This document shows positions 27,426 through 41,318 of a DNA stretch of 64,000 nt, piece after piece (the first letter of the stretch is position 1; every line of letters starts with the position of its first letter). Made by a program: the position numbers and the translations under genes. Source of the stretch: Eledone cirrhosa (Eukaryota); assembly GCA_964016885.1 (NCBI GenBank), contig OZ024761.1:29884001-29948000 (forward strand), read 5' to 3'. The notes under the pieces are model-generated. The model did not search any database, was not told the DNA's origin, and was given only the letters and a program-made list of their open reading frames with translations.

Positions 27426-28255
27426 AAATAAACCTCATTTGGTCATTCCATGAGAGTATCTTAGTCAGCCGATGAACTTTTCAGCCAACCATTGCATGTA
27501 TATATGTATAGTGTTGAAACATTTAATAATAAAAACCAGATGCTATAACAACAATGATTTCTATTTTTTAAATGTGATGGCACAATATCATTTTTTTGGT
27601 GTGTATTGGAATACATATTTCAGTGGTATATGGTGGTGGTGCCACGATAAAAACTACCCAGTTTACTCTGTCATGTGGTGGTGTACCAGTGATATATGGT
27701 GCTGGTAGTGGCATACCAGTGATATGTGGTGGTGATGGTGGTGGTGCCACGATAAACAGTACCTGATGTATGCTGTGAAATGGTTGGTGTTAGGAAGGAC
27801 ATACAGTCAGGAAGTTGCTACATATCCCATACACAGAGCACAAGTGCTTCAGAAGGTTGCTATACCTCCCATACCCAGAGCTCAATTACTTCAGAAGGTT
27901 GCGACACATCCCGTATACAGAGCACAAGTACTTCAGGAAGTTGCTACGTATCCTGTACATATACACAGAGCAGAAAACAAACAGCTTTGTCAGGCTGCAA
28001 GTTAACAAATATGTTGGCAGACATGAACCACTCTTTGAAATGGTGAAAAGACAGAAGCTTGCCTGGTATGGTCATGTATCCCTCCACAATCTAAAACCAT
28101 CCTTCAGGAGGGTACAGTCGAGGAAGAGAGAAGGAGAGGCAGACAAAAAATATCCTGTTTCAACAACATCAAAGACTTGACTGGTCAAAACACTGAGACT
28201 CTTCTTCGCATGACGGAGAATAGAGACCAGTGGTGATGACTCACTATGAAAGCAT

Positions 28256-28974
28256 CTAGAGTGGCACCCCAACGACTGGTGGCACCCCAATGACTGGCTG
28301 CACCAGTGGCACCCCAACGACTGGTTGCACCAGTGGCACCCCAACGACTGGTTGCACCAGTGGCACCCCAACGACTGGTTGCACCAGTGGCACCCCAACG
28401 ACTGGTTGCACCAGTGGCACATCTACTGTGGTACCCCAATGATTGGCTGCACCAGTGGCACATCTAGTGTTGCACCCCAAATACTGGCTGCACCAGTGGC
28501 ACCCCAATGATTGGTTGCACCAGTGGCACATCTAGTGTGGCACCCCAAATACTGGCTGCACCAGTGGCACATCTACTGTGGTACCCCAATGATTGGCTGC
28601 ACCAGTGGCACATCTAGTGTGGCACCCCAAATACTGGCTGCACCAGTGGCACCCCAATGATTGGTTGCACCAGTGGCACATCTAGTGTGGCACCCCAAAT
28701 ACTGGCTGCACCAGTGGCACATCTACTGTGGTACCCCAATGATTGGCTGCACCAGTGGCACATCTAGTGTGGCACCCCAAATACTGGTTGCACCAGTGGC
28801 ACCCCAATGATTGGTTGCACCAGTGGCACCCCAAATACTGGCTGCACCAGTGGCACATCTACTGTGGTACCCCAATGATTGGCTGCACCAGTGGCACATC
28901 TAGTGTGGCACCCCAATGACTGGCTGCACCAGTGGCACCCCAACGACTGGCTGCACCAGTGGCACCCCAATGAC
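28256..28974. repeat. GC-rich 27/39-bp minisatellite (GCACCAGTGGCACCCCAATGACTGGCT)n
   Basis: More than 20 units with a higher-order pattern. Confidence 0.95.
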
Positions 28975-29218
28975 AAAAAGGGTTTCTTCTCTTGTTTCGT
29001 CCCTATTACCTTCTTAAACTATATATATGAGTCCTGTATTTTCGTTGCTGTGGTAATGCGGCTGGACTGCCGATCGCTATATTTGATTTGCTAAGCTGTC
29101 TAAACGTATTGTTATTACTCTGGGGTACTATCCCCATCCGAGTGCTAAAGCTACATACCGAATTTGCATTCGTCAGCTTGGCCGCAAACTAAAGCTTCGT
29201 TAATGCTGTACTAAAATT

Positions 29219-29264
<46 letters not shown>

Positions 29265-29267
<3 letters not shown>

Positions 29268-29707
29268 GATATTAAATAAATGGAAACTATATTTATAAAA
29301 CCATATTTATTTCATTATATATATTTCAGGGATATCATATTAACAATATGTTATGCCTTCTTCAGACAAAATACAATATAGACAGTTTTATAGATAAATA
29401 GATTTGACATACCGTTCAACATCGACTTGTATTTGAAAAATCAACTTTTTCAAATACAAGTCGATGTTGAACGGTATGTCAAATCTATTTATCTATAAAA
29501 CTGTTTATATTGTATTTTGTCTGAGGAAGGCATAGCATATTGTTAATATGATATCCCTGAAATATATATAATGAAATAAATATGGTTTTATAAATATAGT
29601 TTCCATTTATTTAATATCGTAAATATACTCCAAATACTTGTTGAGTGCTTTTATATCAGTTATAAATATTTACTAGTTGTAACCCAACAATTTAAATATA
29701 ACTTTCC
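29265..29707. mobile_element. Fold-back hammerhead-bearing element, copy 2
   Basis: 176-bp arms (29265-29621, loop TCAAC, 3 mismatches seen) plus tail; (TA)n flanks; CTGAGGA at 29521, GAAA at 29559. Confidence 0.8.
29517..29571 (+). ncRNA. Minimal type I hammerhead ribozyme-like motif
   Basis: TTG-T-CTGAGGA-[AGGCATAGCATATT gtt AATATGATATCCCT]-GAAA-TATATA-TAA: intact core, long stem II, palindromic minimal stem III, 3-bp stem I with one extra U. Equivalent motifs at 20502-20556 and 31902-31956. Confidence 0.6.
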
Positions 29708-30423
29708 ATATATATATATATATATATATTTACAAAAACACGTTGATGGGTGTTCCATCTATTTCTACGATGACCATCTAGTTGCTCAATCAAGCGGACA
29801 TCGAAGCCATGAATTTATGCATACGTGGTTGAATATTCCATTGTCCCGTGTACAGTAAGCCATAATTTCCTACGATTGCAGAATAAGGGGTCGATAAAAG
29901 AAGTACTATGCTTATGTTCTGGACTCGATATATTTGACTAAAGAGTTCCAGTATGGCCGTAAACTATCGACTAACCAGCAAGAAATTATCAGAAATCAAA
30001 CTTGGATTAAATATATATATTTTTTTAAAGGCCAGAAAACAAAACTACCACCTCGCAGTCTTAGCGCTGGCTAGGAGTTGAACTCAAAACAAATAGAATC
30101 ATTTTTATTAATGTGGTAAAAAAAAAAAACAGAAGTCAAATTCTGATTAATTAAATTAATTTTAAAAGGTGAAAAATAATAATAAAAACAATGTATGCGT
30201 CAGCCCGAAGTCGAACTCGTATCAAATAATTTAATTTAGGTTTAAAAAAAAAAGCGAAAAATATTACAACGGAAGTGTGGAATGGACGATGAACTCAGAT
30301 CAAATTAATTTATTTAAATAAATGTAGGCACAAAAAAAAACCAGATGGATGCTTCGATTGAGAAACGAAACCTAATTCGATTTATATTTAGTTTAAAAAA
30401 AAAAAGCAAAAGAAACCAATGGA

Positions 30424-30495
30424 TGCGTCGGCCGGGAGTCGAACCCGGATCGACTGCTTGGAAGGCAACCATGCTAACCGTTACACCACCGACGC
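30424..30495 (-). tRNA. tRNA-Gly (anticodon TCC)
   Basis: Reverse complement GCGTCGGTGGTGTAACGGTTAGCATGGTTGCCTTCCAAGCAGTCGATCCGGGTTCGACTCCCGGCCGACGCA: 72 nt, full cloverleaf, A and B boxes, oligo-T terminator downstream (A run at about 30396-30405 on +). Confidence 0.96.
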
Positions 30496-31099
30496 CTCGC
30501 TGATAATAGATGAGAATTTACTGTATACATTTTGAAATACAAGTAGCCATGCTATATTTTTTGCTGTGTTTAGCTGTTTAGTATATTTAAAGCGATTTTA
30601 TTTCCTCGTAACTGTCTTTAATAATATATATATCATTTAAAGGAGGTTTTACATAAATACGTTTTTTTTTTAAATGGAAAAAAAAGAAGGTCGAATCTTC
30701 TTTTATGCTGCAAATAAAATAAAATAAAAAAAATGTGTAAATAATTCGGAGGTGTTTGGCTCGTGTCAACAATTTTTGTCTGGAAAACAATGTGGCTTAT
30801 TTTGTTTGCTGGATTCTAAAAGTCTGTCTGGAGATGGTGGCGTTCACCAGGCCGGTGTTTATCCTATATTTCCGTAGCGTAAAATGCCTGAGAATTCAAG
30901 ACTTCTCCTATGGACAGGACGACAGTCGATCGTAGGGTTAAACCGACCTCTCGAACCACCACTACTACTATTACTACTACAGCCCCCAACTACTGCAACA
31001 TCCACCACAACCACCATGACCACCACCACTCCCACTATTACTACTACGACTACGACAATAACCTATGAAATCTGTCTCGGAATATACATACTAACAATT

Positions 31100-31582
31100 G
31101 GCAAATGGTGACGAAACCATAGTCAAGGGGAGGTAATCTATGTTGTATGTATGAGTGAATGTATGGTGTGTGACAGTTGGTAAGCGCGTGCGAGTTGGTG
31201 TCGTCTGGCTGTTACCCGTATATATATGTATATTGATATTTTTTAATCGCGTTTTAATATATTGTAATCTTTACAAAATAAAATCAAAGCTATTCAGCGT
31301 TGTGTGTATATATATATCCAGTAATAATAATAAATTTGAAGACTAAAATTTTTATAAATATATATATATATATATATATTTGGCAAATGGTGACGAAAAC
31401 ATAGTCAAGGGGAGGTAATCTATGTTGTATGTATGGGTGAATGTATGGTGTGTGACAGTTGGTAAGCGCGTGCGAGGTGGTGTCTTCTGGATGTTACCAG
31501 TATATATATGTATATTGATATTTTTTAATCGCGTTTTAATATATTGTAATCTTTACAAAATCAAATCAAAGCTATTCAGCGT

Positions 31583-31585
<3 letters not shown>
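31100..31585. repeat. Direct duplication of about 205 bp
   Basis: GGCAAATGGTGACGAAA...GCTATTCAGCGTTGTGTGT at about 31100-31308 and 31382-31590. Confidence 0.85.
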
Positions 31586-31624
<39 letters not shown>

Positions 31625-31626
<2 letters not shown>

Positions 31627-32090
31627 CGATATTAAATAAATGGAAACTATATTTATAAAACCATATTTATTTCATTATATATATTTCAGGGATATCATAT
31701 TAACAATATGCTATGCCTTCCTCAGACAAAATACAATATAGACAGTTTTATAGATAAATAGATTTGACATACCGTTCAACATCGACTTGTATTTGAAAAG
31801 TTGATTTGGCAAATCAACTTTTCAAATCAACTTTTCAAATACAAGTCGATGTTGAACGGTATGTCAAATCTATTTATCTATAAAACTGTCTATATTGTAT
31901 TTTGTCTGAGGAAGGCATAGCATATTGTTAATATGATATCCCTGAAATATATATAATGAAATAAATATGGTTTTATAAATATAGTTTCCATTTATTTAAT
32001 ATCGTAAATATACTCCAAATACTTGTTGAGTGCTTTTATATCAGTTATAAATATTTACTAGTTGTAACCCAACAATTTAAATATAACTTT

Positions 32091-32092
<2 letters not shown>
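31625..32092. mobile_element. Fold-back hammerhead-bearing element, copy 3
   Basis: Arms 31625-32006 with a short tandem duplication at the centre, plus tail; (TA)n flanks; CTGAGGA at 31906, GAAA at 31944. Confidence 0.8.
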
Positions 32093-32128
<36 letters not shown>

Positions 32129-32969
32129 TACATTAACAGAGAAAGCCTTAAGCGATACTCTGACCAACTCCATCTCACTCGCAAGTATTTTCCCAATTTA
32201 GTGTTTGGGGTGCTAACTAATCAGTATGTCGTGGATAGCTGGTTGTATTATTTTATATGAGACATTATTAAATAAATATCTCTTTCCTTCTAGACGGCTG
32301 TTTCATTATAAGATTTCTACAATTTGGGATAAATAATTTTCAGGTTATGTAGAAACTTGTATATAATCCATAGTTTTATACACAAGCGGACTCTTATAAA
32401 CTCATCAGTGGATGCCCAAATAATATCGATATAAGAATTACATCGACATTAATAGATTAGTGATGGTCTCCTTCAGCGCTAAAAAGAGACTGGTAGATTT
32501 GAAAATCCAGCAGTCCTCTCAAAGATAAAATACACGCTGCCCCCAAGAGGGTAAGGGGAGGTCATCTTAAAATATAAAACAATATACACGCTGGTCATTT
32601 AAACATGTTAGGTATTATAACCACGTGTTTAAGAACTCAATTGGATATTAAAAGAATAACCATATGTATACACAATCAATGCACACATAGAGATATTAAA
32701 ACATAATAAATACATGTATGGACCACCCATATACACACATAGTTATTCTCTAAGGCTAAATCAGACATGGGATATATATATATATATTTAAAGGTTAAAC
32801 AAGGTTCAATGAATAAATCAAAGAAAGAGTTTTACAATAGATTGGAACCACTCCACAAGAATGGTTTTCCGGAGTTATTAATATTAATTCAAAATATGAA
32901 CAAAAATAGACATTCGTGTCTGAATCTTAACCATCTACTAAGTCAGGGTATGTCATGCATCATCTTATT

Positions 32970-33025
32970 TTATCTGATGAGGACGTACTGCTGAAGATAG
33001 CTCAGTGCCTCTGAAATATGTATAA
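32970..33025 (+). ncRNA. Minimal type I hammerhead ribozyme-like motif (second family)
   Basis: TTA-T-CTGATGA-[GGACGTACTG...CAGTGCCTCT]-GAAA-TATGTA-TAA; lies between 39-bp inverted repeats 32881-32919 and 33042-33080. Confidence 0.6.
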
Positions 33026-33719
33026 TAAAAAATACTTGATCACACGAATGTCTATTTTTGTTAATATTTTGAATTAATATATATATATGGAGGCACATGG
33101 CAATCGAAAGGTTGTGAGTTCAATTCTCAGACCGGGTGATGTGTTGTTTCCTTGAGCAAGACACTTTATTTCACATTGCTCCAGTTTACTCAGCTGTAGA
33201 AATGAGATGATAGGAACTGGGGTCCATATCATTCCACTGCAAAGTGGTCGTGGAGGTGCCACGGCATAAAAGCACCCAGCACTCACTGTAAATGAGGTTG
33301 GTGTTAGGAAGGGCATCCAGCTGTAGAAATCAAGCCAGAACCAGTTCCCGTCTCACCCTTGCAAGCAGGGAAAAAGTGGACGTAAAATGAAATGATGATG
33401 ATGATGATGATATATATATATACATTTCCTTTCTCCTTTTCATCTTCTTTCTCTTTTTCTTTTTCCTTCTTCTTCTTTCTCCTTCCTTTCCTTTCTCTCT
33501 TTACTGTATCTATCCCCCTTCTCTTCCTCCTTTTCTCTCTATATCTTTATTATTAATATTATTATTGATGATGTAATTTGAATTTGTAAATTCGTTGTCA
33601 ACAGAGGAAGCAGCTCCCTAAACTTCTTCCATCCTGTCCTTATTCTAGATACTATGGCTTTGGAGCATCCTCGTCCCTTGCTAATTTCATCACCTAGATA
33701 TCAGAAGCTATCAACCACC

Positions 33720-35455
33720 TCTATAGATCTTACCTGCATTTGAAAAATGTGCTTATCGCTGACACTTCTACTATCAATTTTCGCTGAACATCTACTACAC
33801 ATTAAGTTTTCCTTTCCTGTTAGTTTGCCTGCTATCCCATTACACTCTTGTGTACCCAAGATCTGCATTGTGTACATTCTATAGTTTATGCCAACTCCTT
33901 TTCAACATATTGAGCATGGCCATTTCCCTGATGGAGTCAGAGTCTGGTCCTTTTTCCTACTTATCAATACTTTAGTCTTTGCTATGTTCACTCTCAGTTC
34001 CCTTGATTCCAACTGCTGTTTCCAGAGCCGGAATTTATTCTCTAGATCCTCTACTGATTCTGCTATAAGTTCCAGATCGTCAGCATAAAGAAGTTCCCAT
34101 GGGCAGCCAGTCTTAAAATCTTCTGTTACGGCTTGGAGAAGTATAATAAATAAAAGTGGGCTGAGAACTGAACCCTGATGAACTCCTACTTGTATCTGGA
34201 ATTCCTCACTAAACTCCATTCTCACTCTCACTTTACTGATAGTTCCTCTGTCCATAGCTTTCACTGTCCTCACAAGCTATCCTTATACACCTAGTTTCCT
34301 TAGGGACCATCAGATGACAGATCAGGGTACTCTATCAAAGGCCGTCTCTAGGTCAAGAAAAGCTAAATATAGGGGCTTATTCTTCTCCAAGAACCTTCCT
34401 TGTAGTTGTCTCACTAAGAAGAAGGCATATGTTGTACTTTTCCCAAGCACAAAAACCAAACTGCATCTCATATAATTTGACTCTTTCTCTAATTAGCTGT
34501 GCTAGCACTCTTTCTGTCACTTTCATAACCTGATCCATCAGTTTTATGCCCCTATAATTGCTCCTCTCCAGAGCATCTCTTTTACCTTTGTAACAAGTAA
34601 TAAGTATACTGCTGCACCAGTCTTTGGGTAAGACTCCGCCATATATATGATTGACTAAGCGTGTAACTAGTTTACAACCTACTCCTGATGCCTTTAATAT
34701 CTCAGCGACTATCCCTGATGGTCCAGCAGCCTTACCACTTTTCATTTCTTTAATTGCTTCTTTAACCCTATAGTCGTCAACCTCAATATCTAGTATCTCT
34801 ATTGAGAGTAGTTTCTCTCTCTCCCATTCATTCCCAACGTTCATCAGTCTCTCATATTGACATTTCCAAGCCTCCTTTTTCTGAGCATCCGTGACACTAA
34901 GTGCACCGGCATCATTTTGGACACACTTATCGCCAACAACATACTGATTTACACTGACACACTGTCTTGCAATGCAGAAGATCTGACATCTTCGATCCTC
35001 TCGTCGCAGAACATTGGCAAACCTCCTACTCTCAGTTTACCTGCGTGCTATGTACACTTAACGTCTAGCCTCTCTTTTCATGGCTGAGTATTGGTCTCTA
35101 CTTCCCCCATTTTCCAATCCTACAATGCTTGTCCTTTGTCTTTAATGGCTCTATCTACCGTGCTGTTCCACCACCAAGTCACCCTCTGTTTGGTTGGAAC
35201 TTTGCTCCAGCCACAAGTCTCTTCAATTGCATGCAGTAGGTTGTCGCGTAAGAACCTCCAGTTATCATATAATTCTAATTCGTCTCTTATCTCTCATCAT
35301 ACACATTCTGTAGGGCTTTTCTAAAACTATATTTAAGTGAAAGGTCCTTTAGCTTCCAGACCTTCCTGTGTGTCTCATTCTGTCTCTTGCTTATTGAGAT
35401 GTCACTACCGACTAACCTATGTTGTGGGGTGCATTCTTCCCCATGCCATGTATTA
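33720..35455 (-). mobile_element. Degenerate RTE-clade LINE reverse transcriptase fragment
   Basis: Broken ORFs with KAAGPSG, NYRGIKLM, QFGF, GVHQGSVLSPLLF, LLYADDL motifs. Confidence 0.9.
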
Positions 35456-35470
35456 GTATATGCAACCATC

Positions 35471-35521
<51 letters not shown>

Positions 35522-36475
35522 GTGTACACGACTATGCATAATATATACGTATGTATATGTAGACGAATCGAACATGCTTCATTAGATTTATAACGTACGA
35601 GTAATTGAAGGGCGGGCTCCAGATGATTTAAAAGAAAACTGGGCATTGGAAGATAAATGCGTGTGTGTGCAAATATTTGGTTCAAATATGGTCTAGGGGA
35701 GATAATCAGCCTTACGTAGTCAACTGTCGTCTGTTGCGTGGTACCGAACCAGCTCCTTAAAACTAATAACATGCATTTGCAGCAATAGTATGAATTAGAA
35801 ACTCGATTATTTTACCATTTACCCTTGTGTTATAGGTAGAAACCCCATATAACACACTGTCAGTGACTATTTTGTCTTTTCCGACATCCGAAATTAACAA
35901 AATAAACTATTGTAATAAAACGTTTAATAAAAAACTACAACAGAATTATAATTATTTTTACCTATATAAAATTACTTGATGTTACCCACAGTGACAAATA
36001 TATACACTCCCCAAGTTAATACGTTTTATGACGGGTTACATTCGATTGTACTTGGAGCACCCGCAGACATACATACATGCGCGCGTAAACTCGCACACAC
36101 ACGCTGTTGTTTAACCAGGGATCAGCTCTGCGGAAGCAGACCTCGAACGAAAGACGGCCTATCGTTGATTAACCCATCAAGGTATCGTTTTCTGTATTGA
36201 AGATGACACTGTGCACTGTAACCTTCAGTAGTTTTTTTAGGGAGATTTGGCTGCTATTTCTAGTACATCTCAACAGGGGAAAGACCCTATGCGATCTCTC
36301 AATAAACTAGAAATAGCAGACAACTGTTCTTAAAAGATAAACACCCAAATGTCTTTAAATACATATAAAAGTTAACTCATGGAACTTACCTTGGATGTAT
36401 TCCATCTTAACAACACATTCAACTTTCCAGCATCTTGTATAGTCAAAGGTAAGTAGGTATCTCCATTTATAAATG

Positions 36476-36539
<64 letters not shown>

Positions 36540-37104
36540 GCAGTTCAAAATCCAGCAATCCGGAGTCTGGTTAATCCATGGTAATCCGTGTTCAGTATAA
36601 TTATCCTTGTTTGAATGGCAGGTTGGCCGCGTAAGAGTGGGAAAATAATTGATAAATGAAACAAAACAAACAGGGATGCAAAACTACGAAGTAATATTAG
36701 ATTATGCTTGGAGGAAGTGGAGGTGTGTTTGAATTTAACAGGCTAATTGTTCATTTGCTTCGATTAATATACGTCTATGGTACGAAAACATCACTGCATC
36801 TCTCCACATTTAAACATTAACAACATGAAATTAGAAGATCCGAGGATTTCCCTCCAAAAACAAAGCCTCACTTTCACTAAGGATCTCTTATGTCCAACTG
36901 CTTTTACCTGACTGGCTCTTCTCTTCAGCATCGTTGGATAAGTATTAAATTATGTGCAAAGCATATGGAAGAAAACGATTTGTATAGGAACGTTGCGACT
37001 TCACTCTAATGATGTTTGAGGTAAGCTAACATATTCGAAACATTGCCACCGGTAATACCTTTTAGCATCGACTGATACGTGTATTCATTTAAGTATATAT
37101 GTGT

Positions 37105-37162
<58 letters not shown>

Positions 37163-39459
37163 ACACATACATAGTATCAAGAGACTGTTTACGTGTGTGT
37201 GTGTAATTATGATGCCAATCTTTGGTGACATGAGGAATTGCTTCCAGTACAATTGAGCATGACTCGTCATAATACGGATAAGTATGTGAGTCTTTATTTT
37301 TCTCACTGTGGGTTCTATCAAGTAATTTTATTTGGGTTACAAATAATAATGATTATGTAGTTTATTTTGTTTATCTCGGATGTGTGGAGAAGACAAAAGA
37401 GTCACTGACAGTGGTATGTTTTATGGGGTTTCTACCTCTAACACAAGAGTAAATGGTAAAACCATCGAGTCTCTCACCATCGAATGTTAATATTCCAGCT
37501 TTTCTAATTTATCCAATTGCTGCTAACATTTCTTATTATTAGTTTTATCGAGTTTTAAACTGGTTCAGGACCACTCAACAGATTACAGTGAACTATATGA
37601 AACTTATTTTGATTATCTCCCCTGGACCATATCTGAAGCAAATAGCTGCACGTACGCATTTATCTTCTACTGTTGCGTTCTTTGTATTAAACAATAAATT
37701 CATGATATAAGATGTCAGATATATAATATAAAAGATCAAGGATCATTTTTATAGCATCTTCATTTATTATTGTATTATACATATTTTATAATTTGCAACC
37801 CCGAGTGGATAAACGGGTTAGCGTGGAGGAAAAAAATACACGTGTATATATATATTAATATATCATAAACCCGTAGAGCAAATATTTGTTATTAGTGCGG
37901 ATTAAATAATAGGGTTAAAGCAGAAATGTTTTGTTTAAACTTTAATCTGTATTACGATTCCACCTGTGTACATATTCTTCTATAGAATATGTATTTGGTA
38001 TATATACAATATACCGTGTTTCTTTTACGATAAATGGCCCTTTCTATATATATAAACATATATGTGTGTGAAGAATAAGGCCATAATCCAGTATTTATAT
38101 CATTTTATTAAATACGTCATTATATATATGATGGACTCTCTCGTCGTATATCCACGTATGAGGGTTCAATAGTCTTCTCAATTCGATTTTTTATAGTTAT
38201 GCCTTAAATGGCACTTTAGTCAAGCTATTGATTTACATATCAGGTCGCATTTATTGCAGATGACAGGATTTGGGAGCAGATCAGGATGGAATATTTAATC
38301 AGATCTTGGTGCTAGATCTTAGATCACGAAGATGAACCAGATGAGAATTTTCAAAATTCCTTATACCTTCATGGCAGATAGTTCTCCATTTTCCACAGTC
38401 AGCAGCTAGGGCTTCAAAAGAAGTAAGAGGTATGTTCACAGATTTAAGATTGTACCTTAGTTTCTCTTTATATCTGAGTAATTGTCTGTCTACATTACGT
38501 ACACCATTATGAAGTTGACTGTATTACAGTACCTCGGGTTCGTGGTCCTCAGTCATCCGTAGGACATGACCAGCCCATCTTAAATAACTCAGTCCCACTG
38601 ATGTAGCATGTTATTTATCACATAACTTCGATATGTACATAAATTGTAGCGCATATACAAATAGATGTGTGTGTTTTGGTAGTTTGGGGAGAAAAATATA
38701 ATTATTGGGAGAGCCATGGTCCCCTAATTCCACTGCTTGATATATATATATATACACACAGGTTATTTCACATACATATATATGTAGATAGGTATATATA
38801 TTTATATAGACACACACACACACATGTTACTGAAACCTGTTAGGTGTGTAGATGTAGATTTGAATAAAGATATATACAAAAGTTTGTTCACACACACACA
38901 TAATTCAGCCACCCACACAAACAGTATTCTACCTGACCTATATTTATTCTATACATACCAGCATGTGCTATTACCCTTACTACCAACACATACACAGACA
39001 CCAGCAAACACAGACACACAAACCATTGTGTAACAGATCCATACAACCCAGGGCAAGGAAAACATTTAAAATTTATGGCAGTAGTCCCTCCTTACTTAAA
39101 CATCTCATTTAACCCTTTAGCATTTACATCACTCTATATATACTATTGTATTTTTGTGATCAAGGCTTTATCTTACATAATATCTCACATAATATCAAAT
39201 CGATGAGATTTTGGTGTTATTTATTTTGAGAACAATAACTTAATGTCATTATGAGCAGCCTGTTTGAACAGAAAGAGATGAGAGAATTCTGGCTGGATAC
39301 GGCCAGTTTAAATGCTAAAGAGTTAATGTTTACTCAAACTTACAACTGTTCATATTTATATTATGTAAGGCAGAGAATTGAAGATACATGGCGTAATGGT
39401 TAGGATGTTTGCTGTACAATCATAATGTCATTGGTTCTATTCCTGGACAAGCTGCTACA

Positions 39460-39816
39460 TTGTTAACCATCTTGCCAACAATGACCCTGAGCACCTTTTT
39501 GAATTCCATGTGTCTGACACTCGTGGACATGCCTACAAAGTCAGAAAACAACACAGCTCCCATGACTTTTGGAAACATTTTTTCACGTTCAAAGTTGCTG
39601 AAGCATGGAACAAACTACCTGTATCAGTTGTTACCTGTCGAGACACTGCATCCTTTAAAATCTCCATGCTTCCTGAAATTCGCCAACACTACAACTATAT
39701 CATGACACATACACTGTTCACTTTCCTGACATTTGTACATTATTCTATGTACTATACATGCACCTTTGATGAGTTGTAGTGCACCTGAGCACTGTACACA
39801 ATAATTTCATTATTAT
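39460..39816 (+). mobile_element. Shorter copy of the same LINE 3' end, inserted inside a SINE
   Basis: Homologous to about 15120-15509; SINE head at about 39385-39450 resumes at about 39820 (AACACTTTATTTCAC). Confidence 0.75.
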
Positions 39817-41282
39817 TTAAAACACTTTATTTCACATTACTCCACTATACTCAGCTGAGAGCGAGTACCAGCAGTAGCTGGGAAGTTAATCCTGCAATAG
39901 ACCGGCATGCTATCCAGGAAGAGTCTTGTACTCTCAGTTGTTTAATGCCAAGGAAACTGGTGATAAGCACCAGCCTGATGAGCCTTTGGATTAGAACAGA
40001 CTTTAACTTTAAGGCAGAGAATTAGCAAAGTCTTTAGAACATTGAATTGAATGCTCTGCAGTATTCATTTCAGCTCTCACTGCTCTCTGAGTTCAAATCC
40101 CAGTGAGGTCAACTTTACCGTTTGTCTTTTTGAGGTTGATATAAAAATTAAAAGAAATACCAGTCCAGTACTGGGGTTGATTCTTCCTCTATGTCACTTT
40201 ATCACTTCCTCTGTCTCTCACCCCCTTCTTTGGAAGAAATCAACTGTGTTCAGGCCTGCAACAGCAATGGGCTCTGCCAGCTTTAAAAAACCCAAGATAT
40301 GGCGTATGTATCTATGACTCAATCAGGAGTTACAGGTCCATATATATTTTATATATAAAAGTCCATATATATATATATAAAAGTCCATATATATATATAT
40401 AAAAGTCTATATTTATATATATAAAAGTCTATATATATATATATATGCACTTGCTGAGAAAAGCAAGTCGCTAATGCACTTACTAATGTGGTTTGCTAAT
40501 GTGGTTTCATGTGATACGGGATGTTAAGAGTTAACCACACAGCCACAACTAAATTTTTAATAACAAACAAACAAACAAATTTATATAATTTGTTTTATTA
40601 TAGAAATAAATATTAAAAAAAGTCGATAAGAGGTCAAATGACCACAAAACATGGGGGCCTGTGGGGAAGGGGATTTGTTAACAGCATTAATGGTTATAAT
40701 GGTTGAGGTGAGAGGGCAGGAGAATAGAGAATACAGAACCTTGTTCTGAAGCATTTCCAAATTACCCCCATGTTTATACACATATAAACACACATATATA
40801 TATATATATACACACATATATACATATGCACATACATACATACACACACTTATATACATACACATATATATATATATATATGCATATATTTATACATATA
40901 TGCATATATATTTATACATATATACATATATTTATACATATTTGTGTATTTCATTTCATTTTACGTCCGCTTTTCCCTGCTTGCAAGGGTGGGACGGGAA
41001 CTGATTCTGGCTTGATTTCTACAGCTGGATGCCCTTCCTAACACCAACCTCATTTACAGTGAGTGTTGGGTGCTTTTATGCCGTGGCGCCTCCACGTCCA
41101 CTTTACAGTGGAATGATAGGGACCCCAGTCCTTATCATCTCATTTCTACAGCTGAGTAAACTGGAGCAATGTGAAATAAAGTGTCTTGCTCAAGGAAACA
41201 ACACATCACCCGGTCTGAGAATTGAACTCACAACCTTTCGATTGCAAGGCTGCTAATGCTCTAACCACTAAGCCATGTGCCT

Positions 41283-41318
<36 letters not shown>

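Noticed and set aside
28072-29094. Cys/His/Trp repeat ORFs and a CRISPR-like appearance
   Set aside because: Pure minisatellite with no unique spacers and no cas genes, in a eukaryotic context.
38260-38429. Possible exon (TGCAG acceptor, AG|GTATGT donor) between the tRNA and DYNLL
   Set aside because: No recognisable protein motif and no partner exons found.
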